This document shows, in pieces, positions 1 through 9,242 of a stretch of DNA of 35,798 bases; position 1 is the first letter of the stretch; each line of letters starts with the position of its first letter. The DNA comes from Caecitellus pseudoparvulus (Eukaryota > Protista > Bigyra: Bicosoecida), in contig CBFFRQ010000142.1 of assembly GCA_965644315.1 (NCBI GenBank), forward strand, positions 1-35,798, given 5' to 3'. The position numbers and the translations under genes were made by a program. Below the pieces are notes generated by a model. The model searched no databases. It was not told where the DNA came from and was given only the letters and a program-made list of their open reading frames with translations.

Positions 1-358
1 CCTGGCCGATGCGCCATCCTGGTCAGAGCAAGGCCAGCAGGTGGCCGCTGCAGCGGAAGCAGGCGTATTGGCGTCGGAGGTCATGGAGGCGGTGCAAGCT
101 GCCATGGGTGCAGATGTGTTCCTGACGGCGTACAACGGCGAGCGGCGGGCCAGGGCGGCGGCGAATGAGCGGCAGGTGAAGCAGGTGGCGCAAGAGGCAG
201 TGGTGAACCCGGCAGCAGCTGCAGGGTGTCGGAGGGGGAGGGCGCACGTGAAGAAGCGCCACGTGGCGAAGCGCATGGACAAGCTGAAGGTGCTGCGAGG
301 CGGTGGTGGGAAGGGCAGGAAGCGGGGAGGGAGGAGTGAGAGGCGTCAGAGGGGTTGA
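1..358 (+). pseudogene. UTP20: UTP20-like C-terminal fragment, unit 1 (partial)
   Basis: LASEVMEAVQAAMGADVFLTAYN...EAVVNPAAAA plus basic tail resembles the UTP20 C-terminus (recognised by eye). Confidence 0.6.
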
Positions 359-540
359 TGTGTGGAGGGGTGTGCAATGCATGTGTGGGAGCGAGGGGAC
401 GTTGAAATGGTGATGAGGTGTGCTGTGTGGTGTGTGGAGGAGGGACGTGTATGCTGGTATGGAGGTGTGGCGGGTGTGCTGGCCTGATGTGGGGACCAGG
501 TTTGCCACGTGATGCATTAGTCTGTGCTTGGGGCCTGGGA

Positions 541-1942
541 TCAAATCAAGTCTTTCAGGCTCGAAAACATAGCTGCTTGCTGCCGCACAGTGTCTGGGAT
601 CCTGCGATGCCCAGTGAGGCCCAGCAGCTCACGCACGGTGTCTGTGTAGCCATTGGCGCATGCCCATCGGAAGGCGGCCTCAGGTCCACCCTCATCCGCC
701 GCATGCACATCCACCTCCCGCGCCCCAGTCAGGCCCAGCAGCTCACGCACGATATCTGTGTGGCCACTGTGGCATGCCCATAGAAAGGCGGCCTCAGGTC
801 CATCCTCATCCGCCGCATGCACATCCACCTCTCGCGCCCCAGTCAGGCCCAGCAGCTCACGTACGGTGTGTGTGTGGCCATTGCGGCATGCCCATCGGAA
901 GGCGGCCTCAGGTCCTTCATCATCCGCCGCATGCACATCCACCTCTCGCGCCCCAGTCAGGCCCAGCAGCTCACGCACGATGTCTGTGTGGCCATTGGCG
1001 CATGCCCATCGGAAGGCGGCCTCAGGTCCATCCTCATCCTCCGCATGCACATCCACCTCCGGCGCCCCAGTCAGAGCCAGCAGCTCACGCACGATGTCTA
1101 TGTGGCCATTGTCGCATGCCTCTCGGAAGGCGGCCTCAGGTCCATCCCCAGCCGCCGCGTGCACATCCACTTCCCGCGCCCCAGTCAGGCCCAGCAGCTC
1201 ACGCACGACATCTGTGTGGCCATTGTCGCATGCCTCTCGGAAGGCGGCCTCAGGTCCAGCCCCATCCGCCGCGTGCACATCCACCTCCCGCGCCCCAGTC
1301 AAGCCCAGCAGCTCACGCACGACATCTGTGTGGCCACTGTAGCATGCCCATCGGAAGGCGGCCTCAGGTCCAGCCCCATCCGCCGCATGCACATCCACCT
1401 CCCGCGCCCCGCTCAGGCCCAGCAGCTCACGCACGATGTCTGTGTGGCCCCAGCGGCATGCCCCTCGGAAGCCAGCCTCAGGTCCACCCCATGCCGCCGC
1501 ATGCACGTCCACCTCCCGCGCCCCAGTCAGGCCCAGCAGCTCACGCACGATGTCTGTGTGGCCATTGGCGCATGCCTCTCGGAAGGCGGCCTCAGGTCCA
1601 CCCTCATCCGCCGCATGCACATCCACCTCCCGCGCCCCAGTCAGGCCCAGCAGCTCACGCACGATGTCTGTGTGACCATTGTCGCATGCCACTCGGAAGG
1701 CGGCCTCAGGTCCAGCCCCATCCGCCACATGCACATCCACCTCCCGCGCCCCAGTCAGGCCCAGCAGCTCACGCACAGTGTCTATGTGGCCATTGTCGCA
1801 TGCCCATCGGAAGCCAGCCTCAGGTCGATCCCCATCCGCCGCGTGCACATCCACTTCCCGCGCCCCAGTCAGGCCCAGCAGCTCACGCACGATGTCTGTG
1901 TGACCATTGTCGCATGCCACTCGGAAGGCGGCCTCAGGTCCA
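541..1942 (-). CDS. Host ankyrin-repeat gene A, 3' part (12 repeats + RRIPD...LKDLI tail)
   Basis: Joined to 7761-11209 it gives 4851 nt, a 1616-aa ORF, with junction AADGA|GPEAAF. Confidence 0.88.
600..1942 (-). repeat. 114-bp tandem ankyrin-coding repeats (12 units)
   Basis: Unit GPEAAFRxACxxGHTDIVRELLGLTGAREVDVHAAxxx with exact 114-bp period. Confidence 0.95.
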
Positions 1943-2119
1943 CCGAGGTTGCCGGCACCCCAGCCGGCAACCATGTTTCCCGGCAGGAGGGGCGGCGGGC
2001 AGTCCCACGCTAGTGGCACAATTGTCCCCCGCCGCCCCAACGCAGAGTAGACGACGGCAGGACCGGGCATGACAAAACCAGTCATTAGCCGGCCTCGTCA
2101 CTCTCTTTCCTTTTTTTTC
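1942..2119 (+). repeat. Ngaro terminal repeat A1 (~178 bp)
   Basis: Runs from ACCGAGGTTGCCGGC to CTCTCTTTCC-T-tract. Recurs at 7423, 19945, 25424 and 30906. Confidence 0.95.
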
Positions 2120-2122
2120 GAG

Positions 2123-4205
2123 ATGGCATCGGATGATCCAGCTTCCAGCGACACGGAGGGCGGAAGCTGGGAGGACATCCACGACAAAATGATGTCTGTC
2201 AACTCCGCCAAGCAAGCCAAGGCGCTCATAACGGAGCAGGAGTTCGAGTACTGGCTGAAGTGGGCGGATTCTGAGGATTTTGGTAAGATGGAGGCCGCTT
2301 GGCGCCTCCGGGAGGTGCCCGAGGGATTCCGGGCAGATCGCATGCGATCCCTCATTGCGGGCAGAGCTTTCCGCCTCCCCGCTGACGGTGCCCCTCATCG
2401 CGCAGGCGGCTCACCACGGGGGCACGGCACGAAGCGAACCCGTCCGCGCGGTGCGAGCAGTGGCACGCCCTACGGCCCGCACCTACCCCCGCGCCCGACC
2501 CAGCCGGACGCAGTCGCAGGCGACCTCCCGCAAGATCCCGCCACAGTGCTTACGTGGTTCCTGCAGAGGGGAGCGACGGTGCCGAGCGAGGACGTCGCCG
2601 TGCAGCTGCAGTTCTACGTGGGCTTGGCAACGGAGGAGACATCGCCGTACGCCCTCTCCGCTTGGCCTCCACGGCGCTTCGCCGCATGGTGCAGACTCAA
2701 CGGTATTCCCCCCGACCTCACCCCCGACGACATCGTGATGCATTTGCAGCGGGTCCTGGAGGCCGCGCTGGCGGGCGACGACGACTTTGGCGACGACGAT
2801 GCCGGCGCCCCGTTCTTTCCCGTTTTCCCGGGCACCACACCGGATGCCGCCCGGTTACAGCCCCGTGCGGCGGCCCCGGGTCACCCCCCGGCCTCCAAGA
2901 GGCACAGGGCGGCCTATAGCCCGCAGCCCCCCTCCCCCGTGGGGCGGCGGAGCCTCGCCGGCAGTCCACCCCGAAGGCGGGTCGGCTGTTTTCGGTCACA
3001 TGGGGGAGAACAGCGGTCGGTCGTCGCCAGCCGACGAGGTACTGGTCACTGTAGGCGCGCTGCGGGTCATTGGGCCGACCGCACACCCCTCGTCGGCGGT
3101 GGCCCGGGACCGCCTGTCAGCCTTGGGGGCAGTTTTCGCTGCGGGGACCACAGACGCCTTGACCACGGTGGCTGTCGAGATGGCTGAGGCTGCTGCACGA
3201 GAGGTGCCCGCAGCAACGGGCCCAGTGCCGTCAGGTACGTTCCTGTCCCGCCAGCTCCCCCCCCACTCGCCCCGCGTGCCCGCTCCCGGCGACCCGTCCT
3301 GGCTCACAGCCCCCGGCGATGAGGTAGCCCCGCCGTCCGCGTCGGTCATGATGGACGACGCTATGGACGTAGTGACTGCTGTACGCCTGGTGCAAGGGAG
3401 GGTGGAAGTTACAGTTGACCCAACCCATCTAGTGGCAGTAACTGGGGCGGGTGCCCTGTCGGCATGCCACATGCTGGGCAACCGTGGGGGCGCTTGGTGG
3501 CTTGCTGCGATGACCAGGGACTTGCTGACGGCGCCTTCCGACGACCTCCACCGCTCCCTCCGAGCGTTCTGGTGGAAGTGGGCGTCCGAGGTGCCCGCCC
3601 TGGCAGACCAGCGGGGCCTGTGCCGAGCCATGGCGTGCGCACTCCTGATCACAATCGCAGTGCGGGCCGTGGCGCAGACCGCCGCTGCGTTGCCCGAAGG
3701 CCAGCGCAGGCGATGGGCCCAGCTGACGTGGGCCTCCTGGGTGGCCACGTTCCGCACTAACGCCACCATTGTCATGATGGCGTCGGCGACGGGGCAAGCA
3801 CTGGTGGCCAGCTCGCTGGCGCGCGAGGCATGGGCGGCCGGGGCCGCCGCCACACCGATGCCAGGTGCGGGGGGCGGCCCGGCGCAAACCCCCGCTCGTG
3901 GCCCTCCCGCGGGGCTGTACCGGCAGGACGACCCGAGCACATTCGTGTGGTGCCCCGGGTGCGTCGGATCCGACCGGCGGCGCCGGTCGCTGGCATCCTG
4001 CCCACGCCTGGCCCAGCATGTGGCCCACCTGCGCCGGACCCACACAGTCGGAGGTAAGCCCGCAGAACTTACCCAGGCGCAGGCAGTGGCCATGCTGGTG
4101 CGCCAGTGGGAGCGGAAGGTGGCATCCAAGGGACGTGACTTCCAGCGGCGCATGCAGCCCCGCGCTGTCACCACGGCCATGGTGGAGGCAGCTCTCAGCC
4201 TCTAG
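2123..4205 (+). CDS. Ngaro ORF1, putative Gag-like protein with C-terminal CxxC...HxxxxH motif; apparent frameshift in C-runs near 2884-2940
   Basis: ATG (MASDD) lies just after A1. Two overlapping ORFs (2069-3187, 2787-4205) are a single ORF in copy 2. Gag-like call is by position only. Confidence 0.75.
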
Positions 4206-6423
4206 GAGGTGGGCCGGAGCGCGGTGGTGAGAGCGACCACGGGGTACCGGGCCGTGCCCGTGGAGTGGAGGGCTGCCGCCCCGCTCTCGACAGACCACCG
4301 CGCCATGGCCGTGCTCATCGAATCAATGGTCCAGCAGCTGCATGGGGACCGTTGTTGGACTCCACCGGGGCTCTTCGAGGACATCTTGCGTGGGGGCTTG
4401 GACTGGGGCCCCCACCCCGTGGTCTCATACTGGGGTTGCCAGGAGGCCCACGCTGACGTGTGTCCCGCATGCGGCGAGACCACTTCCAGATTACGGCAGC
4501 TTGAGCGGTGCGCAGCCATGCGACTGCTCACCGTGGTCACGCTGCGCGGGTGGGACCCCGCTTGGCTGCTGTTCCGCCGCCCCCCGGCAGCGGCATCCCC
4601 GTCCTCGGCATACGTGCTGCAGCCGCACGACGAGCGGGCGGTGGCAGCGGCCTATGACGCCTTCGCGGCTGCGCGCGTGCTGCAGCCGGTCACCCCCCAG
4701 CAGCTGCAGCAGCACCGAAAGATGGGGGGCCAGCCGCTTCTGCCTTCGTTGTCACGACATGGGCCCCCCAGCCGGGCGTCAGCGACGAAGCTCTGCGACA
4801 GTGGGCTGCTGCGAACCCAGGCGAGGCGGTGCAGGCCGCCAGCTCTTCCCGCGCGCCCGCCCGCCCGAGCCGCCTGTTCCGGGCCAAGCAGCGGGTGGTG
4901 TACGATCTGGCAGCCGTCAACCAGGCCTCAGTGAGCCCCCCATTCCACTACCCCACGCTGGAGAGCTGGGCGCTGCGCCTCCCGCCGAACTCGGACTGTG
5001 TTGTCCTGGACGTGGAAGCAGGGTACACGGCCATCCCCATCGCTCCGTCGGGCGCCGGACTGTTCACCATGCTCGCCCAGGGCAGGCCAGCCTTCCGCAT
5101 GCTTCGGATGGCCTTCGGGTACAGCCCGGCCGGGGCCATTTTCTGCTTTTTTTCTGGACTTCTGGGCGCCAAGATCGAAGCGGCGTTCCCAGCAGGGCAT
5201 GTGGTTGTGTACGTAGACGACGTCGGGCTTGGGGGAGCTACGTTGGGGCCACGGCCATCGATCGTGCCCAAGATAACTCAACTGTTCGAGGACGTGGGCT
5301 TCCGGGTGTCGCGCAAGAAGACGCAAGGGCCACAGCGCGTCGTTCAGTACTTGGGGATGGTGGTCAGGTGTGCCCCGTGTGGGGTGTACCTTGAGTGTCC
5401 TCAAGCCAAACGAACTCAGCTGCGGTGGCAGCTGGCCGCGGTCCTTAATCGCCTCGGCGCTTGCTCCACCATCCCCAAGCGCGTTTTCGCCGCGGTCACA
5501 GGGCGCTTGCACGGCCTGTCGGCCGTGGTGCCCCACGCAAAACAAACGCTGTCGCTCTTGTACGACACCATGCGCACACACAAGTACCGCGTCGGCCCCC
5601 CGGCGCTCTCGTGCCTGTCCCCCCGGCGTCGCACGGGGCCCTGCGGACCCTCCTTGAGGCCCTCGGTGGGCCGTTATCGACGGGCCCGATGCGCCCGCTC
5701 TCCCCACTGTCAAGCAGGTGGCGCGCCGCCCTCTTTGGCTCGTGCGACGCGTCGGGGGAAGGCGGGCTGGGGGCAACAGTGTCGAGGTGGGCAGGGCCAG
5801 GAGAACGCACAGACTCCGCTTGGTACGCGTCCATGCGCATCCCCGGCACAGCCCCGGGCGAGGAGCTCGTGGGAGCCTCCACGATGCTGGAGCTGTACGC
5901 AATCGCCTTGGCTATGGCAATGGCGCGGCATGTTTTTCCCGAGCCGGGGCCGCTGCTGCTATGCCTAGCTGCGGACAGCCAGGCAGCGGTGGCGCTGGCG
6001 CGACGAGGGTACAGCAAGCACAGCCGTGAACTCACGCGCGTCTGCGGGGTCCTCGAGCGGGTTTCCCGCGTTTTGGACGTCCACTTGGCGCCTCGGTGGA
6101 TCCCGAGGAGCCTGAATTGGCGGGCGGACGCCCTCAGCCACCCCGAAAGGGTGGATAGCAGCACACCGGCAGCGCTCGGCCTCCCGCCAGGGCAACCAGC
6201 CGAGCTGGAGGTATCAGCAGGGGGAAGCAGCGCCGCTGAGCGGTGGCATGATGTGTCCCTAGACGTAGGGCCGTCGGGAAAGGCCGGGGCGGGCACCGCG
6301 TGGATTCACTCAGCTCAACTCTCCGTCGCCCTGCACAGACACACTCTGGATAAGGAAGCAGACCTTCTGGCAGATGATCAGGGCCATCCCCGCGTCCCCG
6401 ATCAGCAGGATTCACCAACATAG
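4206..6423 (+). CDS. Ngaro ORF2, reverse transcriptase + RNase H; apparent homopolymer frameshifts near 4724 and 5596
   Basis: RT motifs KQRVVYDLAAVN, LDVEAGY, MAFGYSPAG, YVDD (5210-5221), QYLGM. RNase H motifs CDAS, MLELYAI, ADSQAA, NWRADALS. Start uncertain: readthrough from 4206 or ATG 4305. Confidence 0.92.
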
Positions 6424-7531
6424 GCTGGCAAAGGGGACGGTGGTCAAGTACGTTCGCGCGGTTGCTGGCCTGATCAGGGCCGCTCCAGCACCCCGGGACA
6501 GGGCGCGGACCATGGTGGGCATCTTAACGGGCGGCGTGGCCGCAGGCAGATGGGCCCCCCATCGGGCGAAGCAGATCCTGGCGCAATGGGTCGGTGGTTT
6601 TAGGTATCTGGGCCTGCCAATCCCGTCGCTAGCCCCGCTGGGGCTCACAGTCGGCAGCATCTGCCGGGCAATCCGCCGGCTCCACCGAGGGAGAGGGGAG
6701 CAACACCGCCGCCCTATCAGCAAAGAACAAGTCATGGAGGCCATGAAGCGGGCATGGGACGGGCCACACCTCGGGAGGCATGCCCCAACTGCCGCCGCAG
6801 CTATCTACATCGGCTTTCATGGCATGTGCAGGCCGGGAGAGCTCCGGGGCCTGCGATGGGAGGAGTTGCACTTCGGGCGGGCGGGCCCCCTGCAGTGGGT
6901 GGAGGCCAGGGTCACGGATAAAACGCACCTGAGTGCAAACCGCCACATCCAGGTGGTGCGCCAGGCCGAGTGGGCGGGGGCCTTCGACCGCCTCCGGGAG
7001 CAGGCCCGGGACAAGCGGGGAAGCCTGCTCCCAAGGTGGGCGTGGCTCAGCCTGCAAGGCATCCTGAAGGCTGTAGCGGGCGTGTCCTTGGCCCACCTGA
7101 GACCCGGGGGCAATATGTTCTGGACAGGCCGGGCCCCCGACGTCTTGGTGGAGCACGCGGCGGGCTGGGCGGCTGGCTCCCCCACCCGGGCACGATACTA
7201 CACCCAGGGGGGAGGGGGCGAGGCTGTGGCACGAGGCCATGACACCCAGGGGAGGAAGCAAGCATTGAAAAGTATTGGCGGGTGCCGCAAGGAGGCGTCC
7301 CCTCCCCCAAGAGATGCAGCGAGCCCTGGTGGCCGCTGGCATAGAGGGGGGAGGGGACGGCCTCGAGGCGGGCCCAGTTCAATGCATTTCGATTGCCACG
7401 CACAACGCACCAACACGAGGGAACCGAGGTTGCCGGCACCCCAGCCGGCAACCATGTTTCCCGGCAGGAGGGGCGGCGGGCAGTCCCACGCTAGTGGCAC
7501 AATTGTCCCCCGCCGCCCCAACGCAGAGTAG
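6374..7531 (+). CDS. Ngaro ORF3, tyrosine recombinase
   Basis: GFHGMCRPGEL (Arg I), DKT (Lys), AHLRPGG (Arg II), AGW, RYY (Tyr). Overlaps the ORF2 end by 50 nt. True stop may be near 7242 (see copy 3). Confidence 0.9.
   Translation: MIRAIPASPISRIHQHRLAKGTVVKYVRAVAGLIRAAPAPRDRARTMVGILTGGVAAGRWAPHRAKQILAQWVGGFRYLGLPIPSLAPLGLTVGSICRAIRRLHRGRGEQHRRPISKEQVMEAMKRAWDGPHLGRHAPTAAAAIYIGFHGMCRPGELRGLRWEELHFGRAGPLQWVEARVTDKTHLSANRHIQVVRQAEWAGAFDRLREQARDKRGSLLPRWAWLSLQGILKAVAGVSLAHLRPGGNMFWTGRAPDVLVEHAAGWAAGSPTRARYYTQGGGGEAVARGHDTQGRKQALKSIGGCRKEASPPPRDAASPGGRWHRGGRGRPRGGPSSMHFDCHAQRTNTREPRLPAPQPATMFPGRRGGGQSHASGTIVPRRPNAE
7274..7423 (+). repeat. Ngaro repeat B1 (150 bp)
   Basis: ATTGGCGGGTGCC...CACGAGGGAA. 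Matches 7611-7760, 25275-25424 and 30757-30906. Confidence 0.95.
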
Positions 7532-7601
7532 ACGACGGCAGGACCGGGCATGACAAAACCAGTCATTAGCCGGCCTCGTCACTCTCTTTCCTTTTTTTTT
7601 C
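7423..7601 (+). repeat. Ngaro repeat A2
   Basis: Direct copy of A1 abutting B1, followed by the short linker TTTTTCTCG and then B2. Confidence 0.95.
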
Positions 7602-7610
7602 TTTTTCTCG

Positions 7611-7760
7611 ATTGGCGGGTGCCGCAAGGAGGCGTCCCCTCCCCCAAGAGATGCAGCGAGCCCTGGTGGCCGCTGGCATAGAGGGGGGAGGGGACGGCCT
7701 CGAGGCGGGCCCAGTTCAATGCATTTCGATTGCCACGCACAACGCACCAACACGAGGGAA
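7611..7760 (+). repeat. Ngaro terminal repeat B2
   Basis: Direct copy of B1. Host ankyrin sequence resumes at 7761. Confidence 0.95.
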
Positions 7761-9242
7761 GCCCCATCCGCCGCATGCACATCCACCTCCCGCGCCCCGC
7801 TCAGGCCCAGCAGCTCACGCACGATGTCTGTGTGGCCCCAGCGGCATGCCCCTCGGAAGCCAGCCTCAGGTCCACCCCATGCCGCCGCATGCACGTCCAC
7901 CTCCCGCGCCCCAGTCAGGCCCAGCAGCTCACGCACGATGTCTGTGTGGCCATTGTCGCATGCCTCTCGGAAGGCGGCCTCAGGTCCATCCCCATCCGCC
8001 GCATGCACATCCACCTCCCGCGCCCCGCTCAGGCCCAGCAGCTCACGCACGATGTCTGTGTGGCCATTAGCGCATGCCCATCGGAAGGCGGCCTCAGGTC
8101 CACCCCATGCCGCCACATGCACATCCACCTCCCGCGCCCCAGTGAGAGTCAGCAGCTCACGCACGATGTCTTTGTGGCCATTGGCGCATGCCCATCGGAA
8201 GGCGGCCTCAGGTCCATCCCTATCCGCCACATGCACATCCACCTCCCGCGCCCCAGTCAGGCCCAACAGCTCACGCACAGTGTCTATGTGGCCATTGTCG
8301 CATGCCCATCGGAAGCCAGCCTCAGGTCGATCCCCATCCGCCGCGTGCACATCCACTTCCCGCGCCCCAGTCAGGCCCAGCAGCTCACGCACGACATCTG
8401 TGTGGCCATTAGCGCATGCCTCTCGGAAGGCGGCCTCAGGTCCACCCCATGCCGCCACATGCACATCCACCTCCCGCGCCCCAGTCAGGCCCAGCAGCTC
8501 ACGCACGATGTCTGTGTGGCCATTCTCGCATGCCCATCGGAAGGCGGCCTCAGGTCCATCCCCAGCCGCCGCGTGCACATCCACCTCCCGCGCCCCAGTG
8601 AGGCCCAACAGCTCACGCACGATGTCTGTGTGGCCCATGCGGCATGCCTGTCGGAAGCCAGCCTCAGGTCGATCCCGTGCCGCCGCGTGCACATCCACCT
8701 CCCGCGCCCCAGTCAGGCCCAGCAGCTCACGCACGATGTCTGTGTGGCCACTGTAGCATGCCCATCGGAAGGCGGCCTCAGGTCCATCCCTATCCGCCAC
8801 ATGCACATCCACCTCCCGCGCCCCGCTCAGCCCCAGCAGCTCGCGCACGATGTCTGTGTGGCCTCTGGAGCATGCCTCTCGGAAGCCAGCCTCAGGTCCA
8901 CCCCATGCCGCCACGTGCACATCCACCTCCCGCGCCCCAGTGAGAGTCAGCAGCTCACGCACGATGTCTGTGTGGCCATTCTCGCATGCCTCTCGGAAGG
9001 CGGCCTCAGGTCCACCCCATGCCGCCACATGCACATCCACCTCCCGCGCCCCAGTCAGGCCCAACAGCTCACGCACGATGTCTGTGTGGCCCCAGCGGCA
9101 TGCCCATCGGAAGCCAGCCTCAGGCCCATCCTCATCTGCCGCGTGCACATCCACCTCCCGCGCCCCAGTCAGGCCCAGCAGCTCACGCACGATGTCTGTG
9201 TGGCCATAGCGGCATGCGACTCGGAAAGCGGCCTCAGGGCCC
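7761..9242 (-). repeat. 114-bp tandem ankyrin-coding repeats (13 units)
   Basis: 13 x 114 = 1482 bp, same consensus. Confidence 0.95.

Larger units (their letters stand above)
1942..7760 (+). mobile_element. Complete Ngaro-type (DIRS order) tyrosine-recombinase retrotransposon, copy 1
   Basis: Split direct repeats A1(1942-2119)...B1(7274-7423)-A2(7423-7601)-B2(7611-7760). ORF1, RT/RNase H and YR are on one strand. No extended TSD. The flanks rejoin into an intact ankyrin repeat. Confidence 0.95.

Noticed and set aside
1942-2119. Hammerhead ribozyme in the terminal repeat
   Set aside because: No CUGANGA/GAAA core arrangement was found by eye.
2880-5605. Programmed ribosomal frameshifts at the ORF breaks
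   Set aside because: The breaks vary between near-identical copies and sit in homopolymers, so sequencing error is the simpler explanation.
2996-6296. Antisense ORFs within Ngaro (394, 324, 266 aa)
   Set aside because: No recognisable motifs; such ORFs are expected in high-GC coding DNA.
1942-7601. LTR retrotransposon with A1/A2 as LTRs
   Set aside because: No TG...CA ends, PBS, TSD, protease or DDE integrase. B2 and the YR define a split-repeat element.
541-7760. Diversity-generating retroelement (RT next to variable repeats)
   Set aside because: The RT belongs to a bounded Ngaro element with RNase H and YR. No TR/VR pair or adenine-specific pattern is evident.
1942-7760. Element spliced out as an intron of gene A
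   Set aside because: On the minus strand the ends read TTCCCTC...CCTCGGT, with no GT-AG boundaries.
600-9242. CRISPR-like array
   Set aside because: The 114-bp units are in-frame coding repeats and the variable parts are a few codons, not unique spacers.
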